Assembly (NCBI GenBank): GCA_030704615.1
Contig: CM060732.1
Span: forward strand, 32,984,001 to 33,048,000
DNA length: 64,000 nt
Reading direction: 5' to 3'
Origin: Takakia lepidozioides
Taxonomy: Eukaryota > Plantae > Bryophyta
Positions 35,235 through 48,800 of the stretch are shown in pieces. Position numbers and translations under genes: made by a program. The notes beneath the pieces are model-generated. The model did not search any database and had not been told where the DNA came from. It saw only the letters and a program-made list of their open reading frames with translations. How positions within the stretch are numbered: the first letter of the stretch is position 1; the number at the start of each line of letters is the position of its first letter.

Positions 35235-37755
35235 CTACTCTGCCTTACCAACCTGCGATGCTGTCACTTTGTCTCCTGAGGTGATCTCTGTCCAAGCATC
35301 AATCCAGGTGATCATGGCATCTGATAGCTTTGTAAAGTAAGGGTCCACACCGTTTAATTTCTCTCTTACCTGTTTCATAAAGGAAAAGAATGGTAAGATG
35401 CTTCAAGTGTTGATAAAGACACTCCATGAACTCTTATCAGAACCGAACAGCATTCGCAACATAACAAGGTGCAAGTGGAACTTAAACAGAGACATCAAGG
35501 AGGTTCACTACATCTACTTGATTTCCATTCAAGGAGTGTAGTGTTGAACGAAATATTACTAATGGATATCTCCCCTTGTTTCTGTCTGACCAGCTTGATG
35601 CAGATCTGAGGAGATTTGACATTGGCACCCTGACACCATGCCCTAGGCCCTGGTGTAATATTGGTCAGACAAAAATGTTTGGAATCCTAAAATTTACAAG
35701 CTGAGGGACGGGCAAACATGAATTAAATAGCTCAGTTATACTTCTTTCGCATGTAGTGCATTCAAGGGGTGAAAACAGCAAGGGAATTACAGCCAACCTG
35801 CTTGGACAGCTCAATATAGCACTGCTCCACAGTCTCAGCGGTTTTGGGGAGCTGCACTTGCTGGAAGAAGGGAATGATTTCCTCCTGCCAGAAAATGCCC
35901 TTGAACTCCTTCTTCAAGTTCACAAATGGATTACTAGCCTTGCTGTGATGTATGTAAGGCAGCCCTGTCTTCACGCCATAGCCAAGATGGTCACAGATTA
36001 CCTGCCCCAGCCAGAGAAACTTTGTTGTTCTTCATTGCAATTCTTATATTCCAGGCCAATGGTTAATGGAGACTTCCTGCAGGAATGATGGTACTCTCAC
36101 ATCAACGAGAAACCCTATAGTAATAAAATTAATTCTAGTTTGTGACCTCTGCTTCACAAATCAAACCAGTTCAAGTCCACATATGTATAGCAGTAAATCC
36201 CATGTCAAACTTGTTTGCAAACCATGTTCAGCATGTCAGCAGTTTGTGCTAACCTTGCAGCACCAGCCTGCCCACATGTCGTCATACCGTCCAATTGGCT
36301 GGCCATCTCCCATGAGACCAAAGTACATTGCAGGGCCTATAAGTTCTCTATCGAAGGCCAAATTCATCCCACACATTGGGAACAATGTGCCTTTTGGGAT
36401 GGTCATCACAGCATCCACGTATCTGGGAAGCAAACACAGAATTAGCAAGGTTAGTAGCCTTGGCCCAAGCCCATAGCGGATTGTCGAGCACATTTTCGTT
36501 CCCCTTTCACCAGGAATCCTGGTGCCCACATTGGTGCAGAGGGAAGAAATACTCGTTACCCTACATTGGATCATTGAATTCTGGTCCTTGGGAAGACACC
36601 CTAAGTAACCTCCAGTACCAGACCATGTTGTGTCTCACATCTGCTTCGTTCTTTTCTTTCTCCACACATCTTCCGATCAAGAAGGATCGCCCTGCAGTCC
36701 CACTCTGAGCTAAGGTACTCTAGGCCCTTACCAAGACAGTTGTCATATCCTCAAATGTAGGCAGCTGTCGCTCTGGGCTGACTACACTGCAGAGTGATTT
36801 AAACGCAGAATCATCCAACCCATGACAGAACGAGGGGTAGACCATGGGGAAGTAAATGCAGAAACCACCGGAGCTAGCAGAACCGCAGAGAGATACAAGC
36901 ATATTTGACTGGTCCTTTATGCAGGCCTGCTCCTACCAGCCCCCAACATGAAGATCCACGAGGAGCGTAACACACGTATTCAGCACACAGCGGGGAATGC
37001 AGAACGAAGCCACTAACCTCTTATTTCTTTCTGCGGGTTTGACCAATTGCGTGGGAGCATCGTAATCAGGAACGTTAAGCCAGAGTCCATGCGAGAGGGC
37101 GGTCGGTACGCCCTCTCGCAGACTGAAAGGGTACCCACGAACGAAGTCCGCACCCGCACGATAAGGATCATACAGGGTGTTGAAGAAGTAGGGCGTCGAG
37201 TTTGAAAGCAAGTTTGTTATGTGCTGCTCCAGAGCATTGATCTCCTTCCCCGTTGGGTCTTGCGCAACCTGTAAAAAACACCTTAAAAACCTTAGTTTGA
37301 CGATATCAGCTGCTTGAAAACGGGTCACAGTCCACAGCTGAAGATGGTGTGAATGCCCAGCTTTTGCATACCTTAGATCATACCACTTGCACAATCCGAA
37401 ACTCAAGGAAAGGCTTGACTATCAACGATAAGGGATCGAGCTTTCTCACCCAGCAATCATCATCAATGGTGTAGATATACTTCTTCTTTGACATCATGAA
37501 CCCAAAGCAGCGGCAAGCACTGTCTTTGAAGGAGATGCACGATGCCTTGGGGCCCAGGATGCGATTGATGTCATTGCGGTTGTACAGCTCGTAGTCATAA
37601 CCATCCGGCACCCTGATTTTCCTGTTGGGATCCCCGTCCTGCACTATGATCAGATGATACGGGCTCAAATAGGGTCGCCATTGCTCTAGAAAGTCCAGGT
37701 TCCTTATAGTGGGTATCACAATGTCTAGCTCATCCCTCAACAAGGGCTCCGCCAT
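35235..37755 (-). CDS. RGP: Reversibly glycosylated polypeptide / UDP-arabinopyranose mutase (GT75), 5 exons
   Basis: [16 protein letters not shown]...YTIDDDCW; [27 protein letters not shown]; [45 protein letters not shown]; [22 protein letters not shown]; last exon [26 protein letters not shown]...AE*. Confidence 0.97.
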
Positions 37756-38469
37756 CGCCCTTCTTTCCTTCCCGAATCCCTGTCACCTCGCCTGCAGATC
37801 AAGCACCCTCCACACAGATTTTGCAGGCTTAAAAAATCTGCTGCTTTTCACCGCATCAACACATCACACGAGAGAGCTGCAAAGCCCAACTTCCAAGCTG
37901 CATACGCCCATGCCCAATCCCGGGGCCCGTTCCATTTCCGGAACGCCCCATGTCTTCTTTGTTTATCTTCCTTTCTAATCCTAAACACAAATGTTTCCTC
38001 AATCCTTGAAGATTATTTTCTGATACTTAACTTGGTCACCGCTGGAGCCCTTTGAACCTCTTGACTCACAAAATTGGCGAATCCGGTGGAAATGCTCATG
38101 GATCAATCCTGATTTAGACCAATTTTTTCTTTCTTTAGAGAGCCCAAGCAGATCTTTCCAATGAGCCTTAAATTGTCTCATTGCAATACTGGCAAAGAGA
38201 AAGGAAAGTCTTCCTCTTTTTGGCCAGTTGTCTGATCTAATTCGGGCAGTAGGTGATGCTAGATTGGCTTTGTTATGTTTAAGTTTTATTTCTCCACTCT
38301 CTAACTCTTGTAAAGGGGGGTTGGTATCATGTGAGCACAGCGTTAGCCTGCTCACGTGAGCACACTCCACCACCCTTGTTGGACTCGTGCATTTGTGCAG
38401 TACATCTGTGCCAACTCAGCAAAGGTGAAGCCTTCAGTAGTGTAGCCAAAAACCCGAAACCTGTAGTGG

Positions 38470-38870
38470 CGGCGGTGAATTACTAAGCAGCGATAAATTT
38501 CGCACTGAAAAATACTTGGTGATATGGGCACAAACTAAGCAGCGGTGAATTTCGCACTGAGAAATACTTGGTGATATGGCACAAACTAAGCCCTGGTGAA
38601 ATTCGCATTGAGTAATAGTTGGTGATATGGGAACAAGCTAAGGAAGCGGTGGGTTTGCACTGAAAAATCCCATCACCCAAAAATCCTACATCCAAAAGGA
38701 ATGGGTGGGGGCTTTAAAAATGACATATTCATCCAATCTGATTGCTTCTCAGGCGGAATTTCACATTGCGAAATTATTCATAGTTTAGGGTTTTTTGGTT
38801 TGTGTTTTTTTGTGGCCACAATCTGATTGTTTCTCAGGCGGAATTTCGCAGTGCGAAATTATCCATGGTT
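38470..38870. repeat. Tandem repeats (about 4 x 51 bp and 2 x ~85 bp), possibly DNA-transposon subterminal remnant
   Basis: gcggtgaatttcgcactgagaaatacttggtgatatgg(g)cacaaactaag repeated; aatctgattg(c/t)ttctcaggcggaatttc twice. Confidence 0.7.
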
Positions 38871-39835
38871 GTTTTTTTTTTGGCAAGGGAAAGGACCTTA
38901 GTTGAACTTATGGAGAAAAAGGCGCGCCTATAGGGTAACATGTTCATCAGGTATAGGGGCTACTTGTTCTTTATGTGTTAGTTTCGCATGATTGTTAATT
39001 TCGTCAATTTCATTTTGCTTTGGAAACTTCCAAGAAATTTTGTAAGAATTTGGGGAATATGCCCTTGTGCTCATGAGTATGCTCACATCGGCGTCTGCAT
39101 GCTCACGCGCTACCCAATCTCTTGTACAGTCACCGCATTTTGGTCTTTTATAAAGCTTTACTGTGTTGGTTGAAGAAGACTGCTTGTTGATCCAAGTCTC
39201 TTTTTGTGCTCAAAGTAGAATTGGGTAGCAGGACTTGGGACCACATTGAGGTTCCTTTTTTTTGCATCTTCCACTAAAACACCCAAAAGAAGGGGGGGAA
39301 AACATATAAAACACCCAGCAGGAAGTTCCAAATTTATCTAATTTGCCAATGGGTAGGTAAAAATTGAAGTCGGTGAGGGTGACACAGGGCATGTTGTTAA
39401 AATGAATTTCATACTCTTTGATCACTTGGAGGGTATCAACGCAAACAAATGAAGTGTGTTAACATGACACATGGCCACTAGGATTCTCAAACATGGATCT
39501 ACTATTGACTGGAAAAGTTAGGAAAATATTCTCATTACAGTCTTGGATGGATTGGCTGACCTCCGATTGTCTTCTGCAGATTGGCTCTCGATTTGGCACA
39601 TTTGGCCAGGGGCTCCTGTCGGGGTGGGGCCTCCTTATCTTTTGCCTATGTTTGCACCCCAGGGGAGCCACTTTATAATTAATTGCCCTCTCTCTCTCAC
39701 TATATATATATTTGTTTTTTTACTGGAAGACCTGCCCTTCTCTTGAGTCTATTCTAGAACTGACCTGCATAAAATCTGGGAATGTAGTTATGGACACCAT
39801 GACTGCAGCCCAGATTACGATTTATGAGAAATGGC

Positions 39836-42800
39836 TCATCCCTCATCTTCGCCACTCGAAGCATGGCTCTCACCATCTCCTTCAGACTCATGCTCTTGCT
39901 GCTCTTCTTCCTCCTCTTGTTCATCGTCATCGCTGGCATACAGTTGGGAGCTGACTTCGTGCCCTTGCAAGTTCTTATGCTTCAGATTACCTGCAGTTTA
40001 TACAAGAGAACAATTTTTTGGAAGTTCCCCTCCATCTTCAGTTGTGTGCAAGGTTTTAGCTTTGAATACGCCTTCTGGGTTGCCTAAATGAATCAATTAT
40101 CAATTTTGGAACTTCAAAAGCGCTATAAACACTAGAATCCAGGCTTCCTTCCACCTTAGTGGACTGCGATACTTTCCGTCCATATATGATAACGGGTAGA
40201 GACAATACCCATCCAAAAGGAGCTGCCATGAGATGCTCCATGGAGGAGAGCCTTCATACAGAAAACAAATCTCTCCATAGCACGTTTCACAGCTGGCACC
40301 TTGCATGCCACTGGCATTTTTTTCTGGCCCTGCACACACCCATACATCCAACCAACATATATGTTTAGTTGCTTCCTGCAATTTCACAGTGTAGCCAAAA
40401 CTAAACTCAATATGACACACATCGTAGAAGTAATTTCAAGGGTTTTTCGGGCTAGAAACAAAAGCTTAACAACGTCACTGAAGGCGACACTTAATCGACA
40501 CAAAGTTGCCAGGCCCACCTGACTGAAACAAAAATAGCCCAAATAATACGATCAATGACAGTATTGCATCCGCCAACTGATTGTGGGTGTGGATACCCAA
40601 AAGGAGTTTGCTACAGCTATTAAGTACTAAGCAACAGTCCAAGTCATAATAAGCCAAAACAAAGAGTTTCGAGGATTGACACCAATCATCTGAGGAGGGG
40701 TCCAGCAGATCTCTTTAACTTTCGCCGTGTATCTATCTCATCTTATTGCATGACAATGGGGCTGATCTGACTTTTGTTAAGCATCAAAGACAAATGGATT
40801 GCTCTTGGGAGAAGAGTAAATTATGCCAAACTTGCAGGTAGTTGCTTGGTAAAATCTTGAACCTTTGAAAAGGGGGCAGGGCTGGACAAATGTAGCTGAC
40901 CTTGGCTTCAGAGCAGAGAGTCTGAATGATTCGGGTAGCTTTTTGCAGCTCTTTGACCTGTTAACACATACCCCAAAGACAGTTGGTTGCATTTGGCAAT
41001 GAGGTGCTGTCATGCTTCCAAGGCAAGCACATTAACAAGCAGCACATACACCTCATTACATGTGTGGTAAAAACTTGCACTAGTATGCAGCCAGGCAGAC
41101 GAAAGCCACACTGACCTGCAAGCAACAAGTTACCAATCGTTGCCCTAATTAGAGACTAAAATTTAGCTCAAAGCAGTACAATTACTGCTTTAGCAGCCAT
41201 CTCAGGAAGGCTATGAGCCAACATATACTTGGTAGTCCAAAGGATAAAAATTACTATGACACTTATCCAGAAGAAGCCCCTTTCCCATCCATGTGGATTC
41301 AAGCTCTCAACAATACATTCCAGAAGTCCGACTCCTAGGATGAGGCATTCATTCTGAGGGACACCCACCAAAGAATTGATGGCATCCTTATGATCCTCAT
41401 ACTGTACTTGGAAAAACTCCATGCCTGCGACCACAAGTTGAAATGAAGTTGGAATGGATTATATTCATGAAATAATTATTTGGACAAACTGAAATAATTT
41501 GATGAAATGGATAATTCATCATTGAAACTCCATATTCAACATTCCCTTTAACCCAAATGCATACACATTATAATGATAACATGAAATGACATAACAGACC
41601 TTTAAGGAAGGTCTCCATGAACTTTCCACCAAACTTCACTGCAACGGCATGTATGGCACTCTGAAAGAACAGCAAACTGATCGATTAGTTGCGAGTTGCT
41701 TGTGACAGTGCCACTGAAGAGGGGGGCATCAGGAGGACATCCCAGAAAATGAGGGATCGTGAGACATACACGCACATGGATTTGTCATTCTCTTGATGAC
41801 TAAGCATCGTAAGCAAACCTAACTGTGGTAAACTGTGCACAGGGAGCTCCGATAAAAGTGGTGGGAGTCTGGCAACATTCATTAGTCATACCACCTAATG
41901 AGAGCCTCTAGCACCTTGAGGATGATTTCCAACAAAGCCCCCTAGTCAGGACTAGGCATTGTTCCAACATCAAGCAACTAAGGCAGGTGACAGGCAAATG
42001 TTAAAGAGCAACTGGAGTGGATCATATGGAAGAAGCAGTACAAGCCGGAGACCTCCTGAACAGAACTGCATACCTTATCATGAGTCTTAGTCAAGTTAAC
42101 AAGCGACGCATGGACAGTGATACACTGGTGGGTACGGGTAAGCAGCTTGACCACTGAGTCTGAATTAAGCGACGTCTTCAACTTACTTTGTACCAAAACT
42201 TCTTTCATCTGTAACCACGACCAGTCTATGTATGAGAGGGGGGCAGCAGGACGAAAATAATCCTTATTGTGTGCATACCCAAGGGCTCAAGGACAGAGTA
42301 GAAAAATGAAGAAATGTTCAAATACAACAGTTGCATTCCACAGCCCCACACAGGTAAGCTGTCAGACATTGGTGGTCCTCAGAGAGTATGGGGAAGGGAC
42401 AGAGAGTATAATGGAACAGGATTACAAGGGGGGTTGAGAGAAAGGGCTCCAAAGTGAGTCAGGGTGGGATGTAGAGGCAAGTTAAACTTTTGGCATGCAG
42501 TGAGTAAGTCACTACAATGAGATTTAAGTTTCCAGCTCAAAAAAGAAATCAAAGTATAAAGGAATCTAGGTTGCAGACTTGCAAAAACTGCATATAGTGA
42601 TTTGCCAAAGAAGAGTTGTTGAGTTAGACATTAATACCACTCGGTTGAATAGGCTGAGAACCTCCTCATGCTGTGCACACGATCCCATCCATGCAACCAC
42701 AACAGAACGTGAGTTCATGGGTCCAGTTTGGTGTTTTCACAACAACAAAAAGACCAAATAGGTTGGTTGGAAATCTATTATTACCTGCAACTGACTACAC

Positions 42801-45800
42801 ATATTAAGAGGATCTCATTTACCCTCTGACAAGTGATCTGGTTAGTGGCTAAATATGATTTAGTTCTCAAATTCGTAACAGAACGCACCTGCACACGATA
42901 CCAAACTACAAAAGTTGTGGGGCAGAGTGCGGGATAGCCTGGTATGCTCCCTTGCCCTGACCTGCCTCCCTTGCTTGACACCTGTCATCCAAAATAACCG
43001 TTTCAAATATCCACTGGTTCTCAAGCTTCAGGTTGTGCTACCTATGATTGATCTTGTGGACTTGTAAGGCCTATCCCAGCTTGTTCTTGAGGTACAAGTT
43101 TACTTACTAAAGAGTTGGTGCATCAGAAAGAAGTGCACATTGCAAATCCTTTCACACCACACTCGAATACATCTCACTGGATACAGATGGAGGGGACCAT
43201 CAAATGCAATCCAGGTAACTACTGCATATCTGGATGGACAACATTGAAACTGCCTGCATGCCCCTCGTTTATACCTGTGGCAATACAGTGCATGCCATCT
43301 CCTGAAGAAGGTCGACAGGGGATTCACTGCTCTGAATCAGCATGCGAAGCAGCTGCTGCAGGACGTCCCCCTACAAGCCACATGTAACCATAGTTACAGA
43401 GCTGCAGAAAATCTTGAGTCCATCCTTATCAAACAGTAATACCAAACAGGGTGGGTGATCTATGGCAACAAGGCTACAGCAAACGTCTTATTAGTACATT
43501 GCTTATCAAACATTGATATTGAATACTTCCTTGTACCCTTCCTAAAAAGTGCACGTGAAGATTGACCAGAAGATGCCTCGTGAGAGCTGCATAGCAGTTC
43601 ACCCATATCTCATGAAAATGCATTATGAGCTGAAATCTTAATCTCCATCCATGATGGTCTCAAATGGAGGAAAATGGCCTTGAAAAGCAAAAAGTTTTTG
43701 TCCTCGGTTAGCAAGCAGTTGAGGACTTCAGATGGTAACCTATTCAAACAGAAAGAAAGAGCATTCTACACTTACGTACTTTGCTTTTCCAAGGTTCAAA
43801 TGCATCCCAGTCGTGGGCCAAAACCCGACCTGCAGAATTGCTCAGCTGCGTGTGCAAGAATGGTAGGAGCCCAGGCAACCTGATGGGGCTGGAATGCCTC
43901 CTTCTCTCATCAGTTGACTGATCCAGACATGCCTGTGCACAATTGACTAGTGCCTTGAGCACAACCATCAGTTCAGTGGCAGCGGACAATGACACTGCGG
44001 CAGCTGCATGCCAGTCCAGATACCCCTGAGTAGCTGCGAATCATAAGTATTCCCAAGAGCTAAAGGGTTGCTTGAGGAGAGAATTGTAGGGGGGCACACA
44101 ACACACCTCACTTCAATGAACACAATACTGAGTCTGACAGAGTTTAAAAGTCTTATTTGGGGTTTGAAATCTTATTCGGAACTTTCTTAGGAGTCCCAGA
44201 AGCCTTTGCAACCTCCACTGGATGTAATAGTTGTTCTTCGTCTTCGCAATGTGTTTCCCTCACCTCTCCTCTACTCAACAAAATTAGAATTAAGCCACCA
44301 TGTTACATAAGAGCAAGACCAAGATAGAAAGACAGACCTGCATCATACAGGCTGTCAAAATAGGCATATGTTCCACACATAGCATGGTCCAACGAGCTTG
44401 GAGTAGGCTTGGGTAGTAGTTCCCCCGCAAGTTGGTTAGCACCTTCGACTGAGCTGAAAGCTAACAGTAGATCCTTCAACACCCGCAGGTTTCCAGGCAA
44501 GGCCAGCTCCCGGTATGCCAATATCTGTCAAAGGGGATGTCAGAACAAAGCAAAGAATCTGTCATTAGTAAGCATGGAAAATGTTCGAGCCATCTTAGTT
44601 CTTCCTCTGCAGAGAGTAGATTTTTTTTAGTGCAGCCCTAGTACATCTCTCGAAAAGTAGGCTCAAACTTGATTTGAAACACCTGGCTGCGTACACCATC
44701 AAAGCAATGAAGACAAACTGTGATAAAGATGACTTGTCTCAATATGGATGAGTAAGACCATGCTTGCCAGGGAGTTGGCCATCATCAGGCCATGTTCACA
44801 TGTCCATGGCAAGGCAAGTGTTTGTTGGGATACTCTTAATACATGTATGGCCACTGTGCAATAGCATTCATGTAGAAATCAGACCACCCAGTGGATTAAG
44901 TTCCAAACTGCAAGCACAGACCTCCAGGCCCTGTGATGGTTCTTTGGTTGTTATTCAAGCTCAAGATTCATGATTGTTAAGGCATTATTACCTTGCCCAC
45001 ACAGTGCAGTGTCACCATGAAAACAGAATGGGCATCAGACTTTCCAGAGAAAGTACCACCCAGTGTGGCTGGATTGCCAGCAGCAACTGATTCGTTGTTC
45101 CAATGCTCCTCACAAGCTGTAATGTCTCCCTCTGTTAGTCAGACCCGACAAGCGGTGCACCTCAGTATTAGAATGGTATGTTCAATCAGCATACAGGGAG
45201 TAAATTTTACTGCCTGAGAATGAAAACAAAAAAGGAAATTTATTACATTCACAGGGAAGAACAATCTAGGCCAAGAGGGTGTCTAAGAGAGCTCTCAACT
45301 CCATTTTGAAAGAACTGAGCATGCTTTAGTTGTGTAAATTGGCCGAATTCTCACTAACATTGTGGTTGATGGATTTACCTAAACAAAGTCGATCAACTGC
45401 AGAGTCGAGATGCTTCTTAAGACTTGGAAACAAGGGTTGTAGTCTCTCCAGAAGAACAGGGCCCAGCATCCCTTCCAAGCCTGAATGCACTTTGCGGGCA
45501 GGAGCAGCAACCAACCAGGGTGCGTGCTTGGGGGTTGGTTGAACCAGACAGGCATCCAATTTGATTCGAAGATCTTCAAGGAGATAGAGATGAAGAGGAA
45601 GCTGTCCAGACAGAAACCCACGTGATAGTAGAGTCACCTTCCAGAGGGATAAAATGTTTTTCATACATGTCAGTGAGAAATTTTGTTCACATCTCACTGA
45701 GTGCGCAATTTGGCCAAGTTGTGGAAAGGTGGTTTATCCACTACCAACGCTGCAGTCTGTCGGAATTGGCGTTCAGGACAATCTGCTGATCGATGGCCGG

Positions 45801-48800
45801 GCTTATGACAATTGAAGCAAAGCCCCTTCCTGAGATGTTCTTCCTGTTCCCTGGGACTTAGATGTGGATTACCAACAGTGTTATCGATTGACACTGGCAG
45901 CACCCACAACATGCTATCAAAGTCCTTTGCAGACAAGTTGGGATTATCTCAGGAGGAGGTGCAGCCATCTCAGATTATGCTACCAAATGGTGGGGTGGAG
46001 ACCACACAGCAGCATCTTTCAGCTGTGCCAGTTGTCATGCAAGGGGTGCAAACGAAGGCAAATTTTGAAGTCTGGAACGGTACTTGCTACGACTGCATTC
46101 TGGGGATGCAATGGCTCTGATACCATTTAATACAACTCTCCTCTTTTCAGACTGTGACAGGAATCAGTTCCAACCAGTACCTTCACCACTTTGCTCTCAA
46201 TGAAACCTTATTCAACCATTCACGCTCTCTTCAAATCTATTAAGGGAATTGTGCCTGTACCCCTGTTTACCAACTTTGAAAGTCTCGAGGCTGAGCCAAA
46301 AGCCCAGGCCCTCCTGAGGCCTAGTTTTTGGGCAAATCACACACAGCAGATTGATGCTTGTGTGAAGGGATTTCTAGAGGATATCTGGAAAACCCGGATT
46401 AATTCTTTATATGGAGGTAAGTCTTACTACCAACGTCAGCCCCTGACAGAGGTAGGTTCTGTCCCTTTTGTTCCCGCTCAAACTGGGCGCGGGGTCAATG
46501 GCCACAAGGCTACGGCAAACAACGTCTTATGAGTACAATCTTATTCACATGAAAAGAGTCTAATTTCAGATCGTGACAGAGTTCAGTTCCAGTTCAGCGA
46601 TCGTTCAGCCCTTATCTTCACGGAAGTGTATTCACAAGCCTTGTAACTTCCGTGCCTCAAAAAGCACAGTGAACAGAAAAAAAATGATCATTCTTACTAA
46701 GAGCCAGGCCGATTCCTGCCTACGCTTTGCAATTGCCAGTATATTGAACTGTAAAAGTGCAAAACCAGCAAGGAACAGGATCAACCTGCTGGAGGCTTAA
46801 GCACTGGACCTGGAGATTTCAAGTGTTGTCTTCCTCAGAGCATTCCAGGCATAATAGGTTAAGGTTGGGATGTATAACTAGGATCACCTTGTTAGCAACA
46901 AAGTGTAGCAGCCGTAGCAAGCGTTGCGGATGCCCCCAAGACCAATTCTTAGGGCTGTGTAAGAGACCACCAACTATTGTGCACATCGTAACTGACTGTA
47001 CGGTCAATAGATGGCCTCTCGTGGTTAGAGCATAAGAGCACACTAAAAGTAGTGAAAAATGGGGATTACCTGGGCAGCAGGATCAGAACAGCACATCTTA
47101 CTCATGCCCTGAACAAAGCAAAGTCACGGAAAATCATTATGTGAGAATACATTATTTGTAAGGTCTGATATATTGATTGACCCAAGGCATTCTATTTAAA
47201 TTGCAGACATGGTGATCATGGTCTTGTTGTTTCATGTTGGTTCCTGCTGGGAGAAAAGGGCAGTTGGAGCCAGATATCTGCGGAGGTTTCATGCAGTAAA
47301 ATCTAATGCACAGAATATTGACAGGAAACCCTTAGCAGTGCCAAGACCAGCTTCCTTGTAGCAGGATTTGTGAAATTGTAGAGAAACGTTCACCACCAGA
47401 ACTGCCACTGGGCTACTTCAGCAATGCTTATCATGTACCACACAGAATTCCACGTGTACTCTGCTGGATTCTACCACAACAGATTGTAATCCTGCGTAGG
47501 AGGTTCAGCAGCTGGATATGAATGGTCCTGATAGATTGAAGCAACCTTGAAACCAAAAAACAGACAACTACCAGGCAAAGTGAAAAGAAGAGATCCCACC
47601 TTGGGAGTAGCCAAGATAGTCATACAAGCTAAATTGATTGGCCGGAATTTCCACCTCTGCTCGTCTAGCAGCAGTCCATGCATCGCACCAGTTTCCTTTG
47701 GAGCTTCACTGGTCGGATTGCCATTCGGTGAAGCCTGCAAGGGTATATTACTTCCAGCAAGATTTGGGGTTGAAACGTCAGCTGTTGGCTCCCCTTGCAC
47801 CAATCTCTGAGAGTCACTCTCTCCAGCAGCTCTTCCTAGTGCATCTTGAATAGTTGGTTGCCGGTTCCTGCCTGATGCTTGGGAATCCTGAGTATTGTCA
47901 CTCACTGTCTTGGAGCGTCCATTTTCCTTGCTTTTCCTCTCTCCTTTCTTACCTGCACTTTGGCCTTTCTTCTTAAGTGCTGCCTTTGGTGGAATTTTGT
48001 TTATGTTCCCGATCTTTCCTTCTACCTTAGAGCCAGCAGGGGCATCAGCAAGCGAGTGAAGCTGAGGGAAGGAGAGATATGGGACTGCTTTCAAGCACGC
48101 ATTCAGGAGTCGCTCCAATAAACTGCATTCATGTTCCACAATGTTGTAGTTGGCTGGGCACACGCACTCACAGGTTGAACGCCATCAAAGGATCATAAAA
48201 GGGAAGGATACCAAAAGGAACCAGAAAGAGGATTTGAGACTTGAATCCTCAATAAGAACTATCTACCAACTAGCATACTCTATTTCTGGGTTGAGGATCT
48301 GCAGTGATATATGGTCATAAAACCACTGTAATTCCAAGTACTACTTAGATATAGTTCACCTCACTAGCAGCAGCAACAACATGATGGCACTTTGCTGTGC
48401 GTTGACCATCCATCTTTTACAATAGCAACCTATGTTGAGTGCTATTCTTGCTCTTGATCATCAGGCATGCAGGTGTGGAAACAAACATCAAGTTCCGAAG
48501 GCGTTTAAGAAGCTTTTCAGTCATTTCTTCTTTGGTCAATTGCGTGCAACTGTCCTCAAGTCTTGCTTCAAGTTGTGTAGAGAATGCGTTCAACTGCACA
48601 TAGCGACCACAATGCAACATGAGTGTTAAATACGAGCATCTGTTTCCCAGTAAATTGATCGGAGCCAGTAGCTGTCAGATAGCCAGCCCATTGTCCCATA
48701 AGTTTGGGCCCCTGTAGAAAGGACGGGGAGCAGACCAATGCCACATGACATTCATCCAGTTGGTTGTTTGGCACTGCTCCAGCTGGGTCCTTTCCTACGA

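Noticed and set aside
14713-38468. CACTACAGG at 14713 and its inverse at 38460-38468 as CACTA termini
   Set aside because: Only a 9-bp match, flanking 3-mers differ (no TSD), and there is no CACTA transposase.
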